From assembly GCF_035594765.1 (NCBI RefSeq), contig NC_085844.1, positions 226,192,107 through 226,256,106 on the forward strand: a stretch of DNA of 64,000 nt, read 5' to 3'. This document shows, piece by piece, positions 12,991 through 25,150 of this stretch (position 1 is its first letter; every line of letters begins with the position of its first letter). Both the position numbers and the translations under genes were made by a program. This DNA comes from Anolis carolinensis (taxonomy: Eukaryota). The notes below the pieces were generated by a model that ran no database searches, was not told the origin of the DNA, and saw nothing but the letters and a program-made list of their open reading frames with translations.

Positions 12991-13105
12991 TCTATATTAT
13001 CAGAATTCACTGTATGCTGTGCCATGTGGCTTCTGTCGTTTCCAGCTATGAGTCCTGCTCCCAAGTCCTCCAGCTGTCGTAGAGCTCAGAATCAAGGTGG
13101 CAGGC

Positions 13106-13238
13106 TCAGAACCAGCTCACTCGATTGGATCGGAGTCCAGCGGAGCACATGTTGTTGCTGCAGCTGCCTCCATAACTCGGCGGACAGGCTGAGCAAGGCC
13201 TCCCCATTTTGTAAGGGGCTTCTCCTACCCAGTTTCCC
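13106..13238 (-). CDS. R3HDML: R3HDML coding exon 5 ([31 protein letters not shown]...SWF*)
   Basis: 133 nt; polypyrimidine tract plus CAG acceptor; TGA at 13108-13106. Confidence 0.95.
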
Positions 13239-16200
13239 CTGGAAAGAATGAGAGAAGCAAAACATGAGGTACGTTTCATTGTTGCATGGGTGGAGAGAAC
13301 ACTTACTTTTCAAAATACGGGCAGTCCCCGAGTTACAAACATCCATCTTGCAAACAACTTGTTAAGGTCTAAGACAACAGGAAGTGAGAGAAATCTGCCT
13401 CTCAGAAGGGCAATTCCCTCCTGGAAAGGTTATCATGGGAAAAGGGTGGTTCCACTGATGTTTTATCACCAATCCTTGTTTCCACAATGAGACAAATTTT
13501 TCAAAATCCATTTGTCACAGAGAAAATGAGATGAAATCTTCTAAACAGGGGCAGAGACAGCAAAACAGACCCTTCCCTATGCTATCCAAAGCTATATAAG
13601 GTAAAGGTAAAAGTTTTCCCCTGACATTAAGTCTAGTTGTGTCTGACTCTGGAAGTTGGTGCTCACCTCCATTTCTAAGCCGAAGAGCCGGCGTTGTCCA
13701 TAGACACCTCCAAGGTCATGTGGCTGGCATGAAGGGATGGAGTTACATTTAGAAATGTATCTGTTCTAACTTACATACAAATTCAACTTAAGAACAAACC
13801 TACAGAACCTATCTTGTTCGTAACTTGGAGACTGCCTGTATTTACTCTTGAAGGAACTTTTCTACATACTAATGTCATTGCTTTTATTCTAATGTTTCCT
13901 CTTTCATATTACTTGTGTCAATCCCATTGTTCATCACTATGTGGTCTCCAAAATGTATAGATTATATATTTATAAATTAATACATGATAACAACCTTCCA
14001 GAGCTTGGTAAATATGTTTTTGTACTGCTGCTCCCAGAATCCACTAGTTAATGTGCCTATTGGTCTAATTGCCTGGGATGGGATTCTGGGACATGTACTT
14101 TCATTGAAGTTAGGGATGCAGGACTTCTACAAAAGTGGGAAAATGCAAATACCGATCCCTTAGATACACTATTTTTTTATCTGAGAAAACACATCTCTAG
14201 GACTCTTTAGATCCCACAGTGCAACACTATGGTCAACTCCTGCTGGAAGTTGACCATTGAATCATGCTAGACGACTTATGAATGCCTAAAGAAATGTTCT
14301 TTCTAGGAATGCCTAAATCCTCCAGCACAACTCTATGACATAAATTGATTATAGGGTCACACTGAACGTCCTAGAGATTCCTAGAGCAAACATATTAATC
14401 AAATTCACCAAAGGGAAAACTGCAAATGTAGAGAGATGACTGTAGTTTAAAAACCACCTTTTCCCAAGCTTGAGTTCACAGCAATAGCCTATCTAGTCCA
14501 GCGCCATTTTTTCCATAGTGGCTAAGCAGATGCATCTGGGAAACCCATAAAGTAATAGCCTCTCCTCTGGTGCTGCCCAACATATTCTCCTTAGAGTAAT
14601 CTGCTTCAAGCTCTCAGAATTTTACACTGTTCTGTATTGAATTTCTTCAAACATGTGCATTTTTGCTTACTTGACAGCATAGTTGCACACTAAGTAGACT
14701 GCTCTCCGCCATGTGCTGCCCCACACATTCATGTTGTTGCAGGTGTGGATGGCACAGCCAATTCTGTTGCTAGAAGCCCACACCATCTGTTTTGGAAACA
14801 ACAGAGTTGCTGTTAAAATAAACAGTTTGGAAACAAGCAGACACACTCCTTAAGGCACGCCAGATTTTTTCTCATTGGTTAACTAGCTGAAATGTACCAG
14901 GCACTCAATACCTCCAAGATGGAGGAAATTTCTCCTCTTCCATTTTAACCTTCAGAAATCATACCAGGAAGGAAACAACTTACTGCCCTGGGGACAAGGG
15001 CAAGAAGAACAAATTCTCACACTAGAGTTAGTGTATGATGGACATTGTTCAGCAACATTTCAGACAAGGCTTTAATGTGCCCTGGGATTAATTGGTCATC
15101 ACAGTTTGGAAGAAGACCCTAGCAAAAACAAAAATATTTGGGCTTCATGGAAGCACTGGGTGGTACAAAGATGCCTAGAACTGATACTGCTGTAACTAAG
15201 AATCTCACATGACAGCAACTTTTAATTTCCGGCAGACTTCCCTTCTTTTGAATATCAACATCATAGGAAACATTTATCAGTTCTTTTCTTTATGCATCTA
15301 GCAATTCTCCACAATAGGGAAAGTCTCACCATATTACTTGTTTCAAGAAACTGAAGTTTGGTGGGGACAAGGGGGGGGGGGGGGAGAGACATTCTAAAGA
15401 AAAATACATTTTTCCTAGCATCCCTCTCCAACCGAGAAACTCATAAAACATTTAAGGGGAAAGCTGAAAAAGACCAGATATGTAACATAGGTAGATCACT
15501 CCAAATGACAACACTTTAATTGCTTTGAATCCATCTCCTAGAACAAACATGGGCAAACTTCGACCTTCCAGGTGTTTTGGCCTTCAACTCCCACAATTCC
15601 TAATAATTTACCGGCTATTAAGAATTGTGGGAGCTGAAGTTCAAAACACCTGGAGGGCTGAGGTTTGCCCATGTCTGTCCTAGAACCTTGGGTTTTATAC
15701 GTAGTTTGGTGGGATACTTAGAGTTCTTTGTTAGAGAGTTGTAGTGCTATTGTGCAATAGATTAGCACTCTCTAGGGCCATGCTGACATGGGCCAAATAA
15801 TACAGACTGCAGGACTGGCAGCAGAAGTGATGCTTGTAGCTGTTAACTTGAAACAAAGTGAAATGAAATTTTCTCTGAAGCTTCCGGGAGTCTCCAGAGT
15901 AATGCTGGTATTTTTGAGGTATGGATAGCCCAATACAGTATCACATGTCTAACAGATTGATCACTGTATCAGCAACCAGATACAGCTGTCTGGCAGAGGC
16001 TTGCTGGGAATGTTGCTTCTGATGAGGTCACAGCAAGGCACTGAGCAGAGGCGTCATTGCCACCAAGCCTCTGCTACCGAGCTTCTTTTGGACGGTCACA
16101 ATGTGTTCTCAGCCTGACCAGCCTTCTGGACACAAAAAAGACTCTGGGGGTGCTCCTGTGTTGCACTGGGACAGCTTTGGAGCACACTACTCTGAATTCA

Positions 16201-19200
16201 TTGGGTAGGTTGGAAGCCCCCAGTGGTGCAGTAGGTTAAACCCTTGTGCTGGCAGGACTTATGACTAGAAGGTTGGGTTGCTGACCTGAAAGTTGCCAGT
16301 TCGAATCCAACCCAGGGAGAGCGCAGATGAGCCCCCACTATCAGCTCCAGCTCCATGCAGGGACATGAAAGAAGTCTCCCACAAGGATGGTAAAAACATC
16401 AAAATATCCGGGCGTCCCCTAGGCACTGTCTTTGCAGACAGCCAATTCTCTCATACCAGAAGTGACTTGCAGTTTCTCATGTCACTCCTGACATGAAAAA
16501 AAATGAGTAGGTGTAGCTGCTGCATAGCAGAGCGCTTTAAGTACCTCCCCAGACTACAAATCCCAGGATTCCATTGGAAATTGTCATGGCACAGTGTATA
16601 TAACCACTGCAATTATGCACCACGGATGGACCCTATGTCTCCAAGAGGAGTTCAAGAAAATGAGCACCAAAAAAACCATTTCACCAAGGGAAAAATGACA
16701 TGTGAGTGACTTCATCTGAGGATAGTTCACACTATTCTGCTGCCAGGAAAATTCCTTACAAAAAGTGTGGAGAAGAACTGTCTGAGAAAATGAGTACAAT
16801 TCTCAATTTTAAAAGATGCTCATTTTTGTTCCAATTTTCCTTTCCTCTCTCTTTACTGTTCTTCCTCCAGACACAACATTGTAAAGGAGACAGTTTAGGT
16901 TTCTTTCAGAAGGTGGCTATAAACAACACAGACACCCATGCAAATACAGGGCTGGATATTTTGAGAAGCCAAACTGGCAGGGCAGACATGGATCCATACT
17001 GAAGTGGTGTAGCAGGCCATTCATTATGGGCTGGAAATGCCTTGCCACAACTCAACATAGGACCAGGAGGTGTTCCACCTCAGGCTGGCTTAACACCTAC
17101 GGGGAGGAGCAAATGAAGGGGTTGTATTCACAGACGTGCCAGACGCTTCAGCAAAGTCCTGTCACCACCACAGGGATGATTCATGGGCGGTGAGGAGGAA
17201 AGGAGCTTTACCTTTCCTTAAGAGGCTGCTCTTGGTACAATACCAAGTGCCCTGTGGAAAGCTGGTAAGGAAGGTTTCAGGAGCCCAGAAGATCTGTCTC
17301 ATCTCCCCATGAGACCAATAAACACCAAGCTGACGATGGGATAAAACTGAGCTTAGACAAGTAGCATTTTTTAATTGCAGTTTTAAGAATCTCCCAGCCA
17401 ACCCGACCAGCATGCCTCCTGGTGGATTCTGACAATTGCAGGCTTAAAAGTGACTTTTCTAGGGTCTGGAAATAAACCTGATGATTTGTTATATTTTAAT
17501 ACTACAGTAGAGTCTCACTTATCCAAGCTAAATGGGCCGGCAGAAGCTTGGATAAGCGAATATCTTGGATAATAAGGAGGGATTAAGGAAAAGCCTATTA
17601 AACATCAAATTAGGTTATGATTTTACAAATTAAGTATCAAAACTTCATGTTATACAACAAATTTGGTAGAAAAAGTAGTTCAATACGCAGTAATGCTATG
17701 TAGTAATTACTGTATTTAGGAATTTAGCACTAAAATATCACAATATATTGAAAACATTGACTACAAAAATGGCTTGGATTATCCAGAGGCTTGGATAAGC
17801 AAGGCTTGGATAAGTGAGACTCTACTGTACTTAATGGTGACTTTCTTAATGTATTCTGATTTTAATTGTAAGGTGCTCCAGGAAGATTTGAATCCTGACA
17901 ACAAAGCTTCGATATATCCTTTTAAAAAGTCACCATCTTCTTTATTTATATACTGTCCTATTTCCCCAAGAGGACTCACAGCAGTTTCCAACATATACAA
18001 AGTATTCAATTGCCAATAGAAGACCATGCATAGAAGACCAATTATGATTCTAAAGACCTCAAAAGTAATTGACTACTATTATAGTCACTTTTTAAACATT
18101 AATTTATTTTTTTCAACATAATTTTATTTAAAATATTACAGAGTTACATGTTTCTGGTCTGTGATGCAAAATACTAAGAAATGCTGTAACTATCAACATA
18201 ACTGAAGTTATAGTTGCATCATAAAGGGAGGAACCTCCTCTCTAGCAGAGTTACAAACATAGTCTATTTTTTTCTATGTGTTTATTATTTTTAAAAGGCA
18301 TTAATTGCAAGTAACTGGTTGTTTTTTAAAGCTTACTCCCAATTTCTGATTACATATGTGATTTTTCAATGAACAAACAAAAAAAGAGAAGAAAATGTAA
18401 GGCCTATGTAAGATTATATTTCCTTTCCAAATGTGGATTCAAGTTAGTTGGCCAACATTTGATTTAAAAACAGCCTTTTCTCTGTAAAGTAGTGATTCTA
18501 ACTGTAACTCACACTAGCCATCCTTTAGTAGAAATTCCTTGTGCAAGTATCAGATCCAACATTCCTTTTGTCTCGTTGTCGCATTTTAAATCATACTGTC
18601 TCCCAGCATTGTCAATTTTCTGTCTCTTACTTCTTCCAGCCACCTAACTGAGCTGGAATTGATGACTGCTTCCATGGCAGATGGTGCAGTGGAAAAAACA
18701 GACAGTGCTTCTTAGGAAGAAAACAAGATTCAGTCAGTCTGCTTTAATGGGGGGGTAGGATTGGTATCTTTGGAGATTATACAAATCACAGATTTCAATC
18801 AGGGATAGGAATCCTTTCACTTTTCTTATTGTCGGTCTACAACTCCTATCAGAAATTCCAGTATAGCTAATAGTAGAGTAATGTAGAAACTGTAGTCAAA
18901 CACAATTTAGAAAACCATAATATCCCTACATGTTACATAGAGTGAATCTACACTTTAGAATTAATGCAGGTTGACACCACTTTAATGGACATGGCTCAAT
19001 GCTATGAACTCCTGGGAATTGTAGTTTGGTGAGGCACCAGCACTCTTTGGCAGTGAAGGATAAATACTTTGCAACTCCCATGATCCCATAGCATTGAGTC
19101 AATGCGGTTCTCCTCCCTCTTATTAACATTTGCCTTAAAGGATTTCTTGTTTCTGAGCCCCATGCCACTTAATGGGTAATTTTTTTTAAGTCAGGTTGCA

Positions 19201-22200
19201 TTCTGATGAACAGCAAGAACTTCAGGCTGAAAAGAGTCAATCCTATACTGGCTGGGGGCTTCTGTGAGCTTCAAGTTCTTGTCTGGGGCATATGAGACAT
19301 CTTGCGAGATCACATGGATCATTAAAGAAGGTAATAATACTAGATGAGGTGGAAATCAGTAGGAAAAGAATATTACAGGTGGATGGCTTCAATAATGGAA
19401 GCCACAGCCCTGAGTTTGCAAGATCTGAGCAGGGCTGTCTGAGATTTTTCATTCATAGGGATGCTATAAGTCAAAGCAAGACTTGACAACAATATGTGGT
19501 GGTGGGTGGTTGCTTCTAAATTGTTGGAGTAGTAGATCACTGGATTTTAGTTTGAACTTCAAGCAAACTATTCAACGTGTCAAGCTTGATCTCCAGACTC
19601 GGTCCAGCACCTTGGATAGCTCCTTTCAATTCAAACTGTGAGTACTGAAAAGGACAGCTTAAATTCTGCAAAGGCCCAATTTCTGTCTAATCTTGGAAGC
19701 TAAACAGGGCAAGGCACACTGCAAACAGTGCTATAAGTTATATTCCAGAGGATGTACTGGAGAAAACCATAGTTGAGTATTCTTTGCTTAAGAAAACGAC
19801 AGAGAATAGACCAAAATTCTCCCTGCCATAATGGGATAGTTGAAGGAAATGTAAATGTTAATTTAAATAATTACAGTATTATAACTCAAAACTACTGGTA
19901 TATACCTGGGTGTAATGGCTGCAGACAGAGCCACTGCATTTGGAAGGGCAGCTGGGCTTGCATTCATAGGGATAAGGAAAGGCGTAGTGCTGCTTTTCAT
20001 AATACCAGGATTTCACAAGGTCCACAACTGAATTATACCTGCAGAGAGTCACATACAAAGCACATATTATTCATTTAGCTTTCAAAAAGATATTCCAGTT
20101 AATACAATCTGCCAGTATATGTCTCCAATTCTCAATGCATTTGATTTGTTGCTGGTAATGTGGAGGTATTGGGGAAAGCTTCAAAATATTCCTGAAACTC
20201 CAGACCTGTGTTTTCGGGGCAACGTAGACAGCAGAATCAGGTCTGATTTGAACAGGTCCATCGTCGTTTTGAAGTACTGCTGCCTTCCCCTTTCCCCTGT
20301 ACTCATTACCACAGAGAAAAGGGGACAGATTGTGCTTTGTGTGAGCTTCTGGCAGTTGCAGGAGCTGTGTGCTAATATTAGTAGAGGCACTTGTGCAGGA
20401 GTATTGGCCCTCTACTTCTCCCTGGTCACCTCCACTAATGTCAGCATGAGGTGTCCATGATGACCCCAAGCTCATATGGAGCTCTGCTGCTCTCTGGGCA
20501 TGGTGATGGCAACATGGATCCACAAAAGTTAAACCTGCAAATGTGGAGGATGAGCTGTTTTTTTTCTTCCAGGCCAGAAAGAATGTATTTGAAGGGCTCT
20601 CCAGTCCAGCTATTCTGATTACCAGGGGACACTGCTTACCTGCCAGAGTGGATGGCAAGGTTTTGACCAATGTATTTCATCAATTGTGGAGGTCCATGCT
20701 CCCATATACACTGTTTTGCCCATGCTTCGGCAGATCTGGCAAGTCTTTCATCCCACACCTAGTCATGAAAAAGATCAAGAACAAAGATGAGACAAGGTAC
20801 AAATAGCGAATAGGCTGCTGGTCAAGTACAGTAATTCGTTCCATACTGTCAAACAAATATTTGTCAAACAGCAATAGAAACATCATTTGGCCCTAAAGAA
20901 TTTGTTATTAATAATTAGAGTTGTACTGATGGCTGGAGAACCTGTTGTTGTTGGTTGTTATTAGCAGTGGCCAGTGTATTCCTTGAAACTACTGTTCCTA
21001 GAATCATCCAGATACAAAGCCAGGTAATCACACACTGACTGGGAATTCTAATTCACATAAGTAACTTAGTTTTGGTAAATGTTTAGGGCTGGCAATGGTG
21101 AGCAAGAGCCAAAAAGCAGTCTTTTCTTTCTTAATATGTCTTTCCTTACTTTCTGATTCTCCTTTCCCTCTTTTGATCCATCTCCCTTTATCCAACACTT
21201 CCCTGTTTCTTCCTGTCCATAAAATTTGGTCTTGCCAGATGTCTAATTTCACTGCTATATGATCAACAGATGTCTTGCTGCTCCCTTGAATTGGCTTAAT
21301 CTAAAAGCATTGAGATAACATTTAATGATATGACAATGCAATGCTTGATATTTATAACTGGTCCTCCACATCTGCAGATTTTACTTTTGCTGATGTGATT
21401 ATTTGCAGAGGTGATTGAAATGTTCTCTCCAGGATTCTCTAGGCTAGTGGTTCTCAACCTATGGATCTCCAGATGTTTTGGCCTTCAACTCCCAGAAATC
21501 CTAAGCTAGTAAACTGGCTGGGATTTCTGGGAGTTGTAGGCCAAAACACCTGGGGACGCACAGGTTGAGAACCACTGCCCTAGGCCCACCACAGAGTCAT
21601 GCTGGAAGCTCACACAGAGTCATGTTAGATGGCCTAGGCATAACTGCAGAAGACTAACCAACCCCTCTAACAAGGTTTCAGCAAAGTTCTACAAGACACA
21701 GCCAGATAACATGGTGAAAAATAAGACAGAGCAGGGAATTGTATCTTGCATGACTGGCCGTGCCTGCTGGGATGCTCTGTCTGCTGAACATAATTTTGAT
21801 GCTTTACCCTTCCTTCATTTCCATGGGATACATTTTCAGAATTAGCAATGACAATGTGAGGTTCCTATGAAGACACAGAAACTGAATTATATTAGACTAT
21901 CCTTCTATTTAACGTAACTAGTGATTAGTTTCTTGGAATTACTAAATTTTTCCTGTGGGTTCCTGCAGTTTTAATAGCTGTCTGACAGGCAGAAAACTAG
22001 TGAAGATTTACACAGCACAGAGATGCAATAATGGAAAACAGTGTACTTGCTGATTCTGCCAAACCCCTAGTCTCCTTTGGCGGAGAGATTTGGTTGGGAA
22101 AAAATTGTATTCTATTTTGTAACCTCAGTTACAAAATAGAACACCACTATTCTCCAGAGATACCCATGAGGTGAATGCAGAAAACAAAATATATAAACCA

Positions 22201-22778
22201 CAGAGCCTGTTCTGGCCTATGAGCTATATTATCAGAGGGCAACAAGAGGAGTCCTTATCTTATTGATAAAGTGTCATCAGCCTGGTAGAACTTTGCATTC
22301 CAAATCAAAGGAATTATATATATGAGAGCCATATTTATAACACTTTATGTCTTCCCAGTTCCTCCCCTCCCATTAAGAGCTCAAGAATTTTAGGTTTTAG
22401 ACAACAAATCTCAGAATCCCCCAGAAAAAGGATTCAAAAAACTAGTCCAAACAGTAGTCTAAAAGCTAACCTTTTCAACCTCAGTCTTTACCAGGAATAA
22501 GTACAAATAGAACTCACCATATACTCCATGTTGGCGGCAGGTGGAGACACCTGAGCCCGCACTTGATTGTGGTAGTCCAAAAGTGCATTCATGTCCCTGG
22601 CGGAAATATAGCGCTTCCTGCGAGTCCTGGGTATTCCAAGGCCAGATGTCAAGCCTGCCTCAGGGCTGCTGGATGGATAAAGGAGTTCAGTAGCATTGGG
22701 CAGCAAGAAGGAGTTGGATTTCTGTATCATCCAGAAGATGGAGCCAGCCAAATATAAGTGTGCATGGAAGAGAGTCAT
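13106..22778 (-). CDS. R3HDML: R3HDML (peptidase inhibitor R3HDML, CAP/CRISP superfamily); join(22778-22518,20758-20640,20038-19906,14786-14671,13238-13106) = 762 nt, 253 aa
   Basis: Five exons with GT-AG sites and consistent phases splice into an open frame: signal-peptide-like N-terminus, furin-type RTRRKR, CAP motifs (HNQVR, GQNL, SHYTQMVWASS, LVCNY) and a Cys-rich hinge ending SWF*. Position between HNF4A and FITM2 distinguishes it from the paralog PI15. Confidence 0.95.
13318..13838. mobile_element. Tigger-like MITE with a nested Sauria SINE (13598-13731, minus strand)
   Basis: TA TSD; TIR C(A/G)GGCAGTC(C/T)CC.AGTTAC; sister copy at 57597-58092. Confidence 0.8.
14671..14786 (-). CDS. 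R3HDML: R3HDML coding exon 4 ([16 protein letters not shown]...LVCNYAV)
   Basis: 116 nt; CAG acceptor and AA|GTAAGC donor. Confidence 0.95.
15544..15677. mobile_element. hAT MITE
   Basis: TIR CA.ACATGGGCAAAC; perfect 8-bp TSD TCCTAGAA; sister copy at 53343-53459. Confidence 0.85.
16211..16503 (+). mobile_element. Full-length tRNA-derived SINE with a Vingi-type 3' tail
   Basis: A box TGGTGCAGTAGG, B box GTTCGAATCC, tail GTCACTCCTGACATG(A)n, TSD TG(G/A)GTAGGT; a tail-only copy lies at about 51905-51955. Confidence 0.75.
17505..17827. mobile_element. Tc1/mariner MITE
   Basis: TIR CAGTAGAGTCTCACTTATCCAAGC and TA TSD; sister copies at 47150-47456 and 57264-57582. Confidence 0.88.
19906..20038 (-). 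CDS. R3HDML: R3HDML coding exon 3 ([15 protein letters not shown]...CSHYTQ)
   Basis: 133 nt; CAG acceptor and CAG|GTATAT donor. Confidence 0.95.
20640..20758 (-). CDS. R3HDML: R3HDML coding exon 2 ([39 protein letters not shown])
   Basis: 119 nt; TAG acceptor and AG|GTAAGC donor. Confidence 0.95.
21445..21577. mobile_element. hAT MITE with SPIN-like termini
   Basis: TIR CAGTGGTTCTCAACCTGTG; 8-bp TSD C(T/C)CTAGGC; partial sister copy at about 36728-36838. Confidence 0.78.
22518..22778 (-). CDS. R3HDML: R3HDML coding exon 1 ([12 protein letters not shown]...PPAANMEYM)
   Basis: 261 nt; donor ATG|GTGAGT at 22517; upstream acceptor (ttcttcttcttttag) ends at 22880. Confidence 0.92.
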
Positions 22779-24439
22779 TTTAGGATTCGCATACGTTTTT
22801 CTCCTGAGCCACTGAAGGTTGGTTTTTAAAAATGTAATCAATGTGGCAAATCTTCTTTTTCCTCTCCTGGATTATGTGTCTAAAAGAAGAAGAAGAAACA
22901 ATTAGACATTATTTTATTTTTTTGTCATCAATGGCAGGGAGGGACTGTAACTGGAAAGAGAAGATTTGAGCATATCAAGGGGAACTTTGCTAGCCGCATG
23001 AGAATAAAAGAGCTTGGCTAAGCTGTATTTATAAAGTACAAAATTCCTAAGCCCAGCTGCGAAATCTCCAGCAGTATCTTATTTATCACTTCTGTCTGAA
23101 AAGAGGAAAGCTTTTCCCCTCATTGCTTGTCCAGAAATCATTCCAAATGTTCCCATGTACCTGCCAAATGGGACACTAATTAATAATATGCTGCCACAGT
23201 GGCAATACATCAAACAAAGCTGCCCAGTAAATTGAAATATTCCTGTGATAAGTGAGCAATTTCTCACCAAAAAATGTAAGCTCTAAAAATGATTTAATAA
23301 GAATATAGCAGCTAACCATTTTTATTTTATTTTATTGCTAGGATTCTTTTCATTTATTCTAAGATATTTTTTTTTTAAAAAATCCCCTTCTCATTCTTTT
23401 CCACTCCTAGAAAAATCTTCTAAGATATTCCTTGAAGCTGCTCAAGAGATATTTCCCAGACTACATACCTTGAAGGCTGGGCCAAGAACAGCTGAGAAAT
23501 GATGCTGCAGCCACAGTAAACTCACAGAGATTGACCTTTACAAACAACCTGCGCTCAGGAGCATGTGGCAGAGAGATTTAACACCGCCGAGTCCAAGGAA
23601 TCTTTGAGGACGATCTGACGCAAAAACTACATCAAAACTCTTCCCTTGAGGAATGTCCCAAAGCCTGAAATGTGTACAACCGGACAATTTATGGCCTTCC
23701 CCTTATGTACACATGTCTCCATCTCTACCAAGTATCTCTGCTTGTTTTCAGCAATGGAGTAAGGACTGTGAAAAACACCAGATTATGACGCTAAAGGTTA
23801 TTCACTTGAAGTTAAGAGCTACTTATACATACATTTGCATACTCTAGAAGATCTGATTGAGAAAATTATAGCTGTGACACATGAGATTTCTACCTTCTTG
23901 ATGATTAAATTGGGAAGCAGAAGAAACTACAGTTCTCATAATCTCTAGCATGAAAGGGCATTCCTGATTCTGAACATGTTCAGGAACAATCTCCCTATAT
24001 ACAACCTCTTCTACATATTTAGGATGTCCCATTCACTACTGGTTTCTTCTTCCCTCTACTTTGGAAAGGAGGAAAAGAAGAGCTGAGGAGCTGCAGAGAG
24101 AAATCCTGTGCTTTGACATCATATAATAAGGCTTTTCAGGGTGGATGAATTTGTATTTCAAAGTACCCTGCTTCCAAAATCACAATGTTTTGCTATTTGT
24201 CCTTGATTCCAAATTGTGTCTGAAAAGAGGAAAAATAAATCACAGCGCTAATCAGTGATCCCATTATGTGCTTGCCTTCTTTGGAAAAACTATGTCTCCT
24301 TATCCTTCTCTTGATGGTTTTGGAACTCATGGTTATAGTAAACCCCCCATAACTGTGGAATCTATACCTGCAAATTAACTTATCTGTCCCTGGGTAAATA
24401 TGGTCTCTCAAAGAATTTGCCAGATCTTCCAGGCAACCC

Positions 24440-24440
<1 letters not shown>

Positions 24441-24503
<63 letters not shown>
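24441..24503. repeat. (ATC)n microsatellite at an L2-type tail
   Basis: Direct reading; another at 5764-5799. Confidence 0.95.
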
Positions 24504-24731
24504 TTTATTTATACCCTGCCCCATCTCCCTGAAGAGATTCAGGGCAGCTTACAACATAGATAAATATAATAAAAATACATAGAAAATAAAAATTAACAAA
24601 ATAATAACACATCCAATTAATGTAAGACAAAACAAAATAAGCCAAAATAAGCGTATGGTCTGCTTCCCCTGGAAGTTACCATATAATCACTTAGCAAATT
24701 CCTGGAGAGGCTACCCTTGTAGGAATTTCTA

Positions 24732-25150
24732 CCCTGTTTCCCCTAAAATAAGACATCCCCAGAAAATAAGACCTAGTAGATGTTTTGCTGGATTGTTAAA
24801 TATAAGGCCTCCCCTGAAAGTAAGACCTAGCAAAGTTTTTGTTTGGAAGCATACCCGCCAAACAGAACACCAGAGCATAAAGGATTGGTAAATGTACGTA
24901 CCATAGAGTGTTGTACATGGAAATATTGGTAGTAACAAGAAATTCTTGATAGGATTCACAGTTTGTCTGGTTATGCTGGTTTGTGATGACAACTACTGTA
25001 CAGTATATAATAAATGCTCCTTTTTTTGTTCAACAATAAATGTGAATTCTTCTTCATGGAAAAATAAGACATTCCCTGAAAGTAAGACCTAGTGCATCTT
25101 TGGGAGCAAAAATTAATATAAGACACTGTCTTATTTTCGGGGAAACATGG
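24732..25150. mobile_element. Tc2/pogo-like MITE
   Basis: TA-flanked TIR CC.TGTTTCCCC.AAAATAAGACA; internal AAAGTAAGACCTAG repeats. Confidence 0.8.

Noticed and set aside
20071-20670. 199-aa minus-strand ORF
   Set aside because: It begins out of frame in R3HDML exon 2 and runs into the intron; no recognisable domain.
13106-22778. PI15 or venom-type CRISP identity
   Set aside because: Synteny with HNF4A and FITM2, the 253-aa length, the SWF C-terminus and the lack of an ICR/ShKT domain favour R3HDML.
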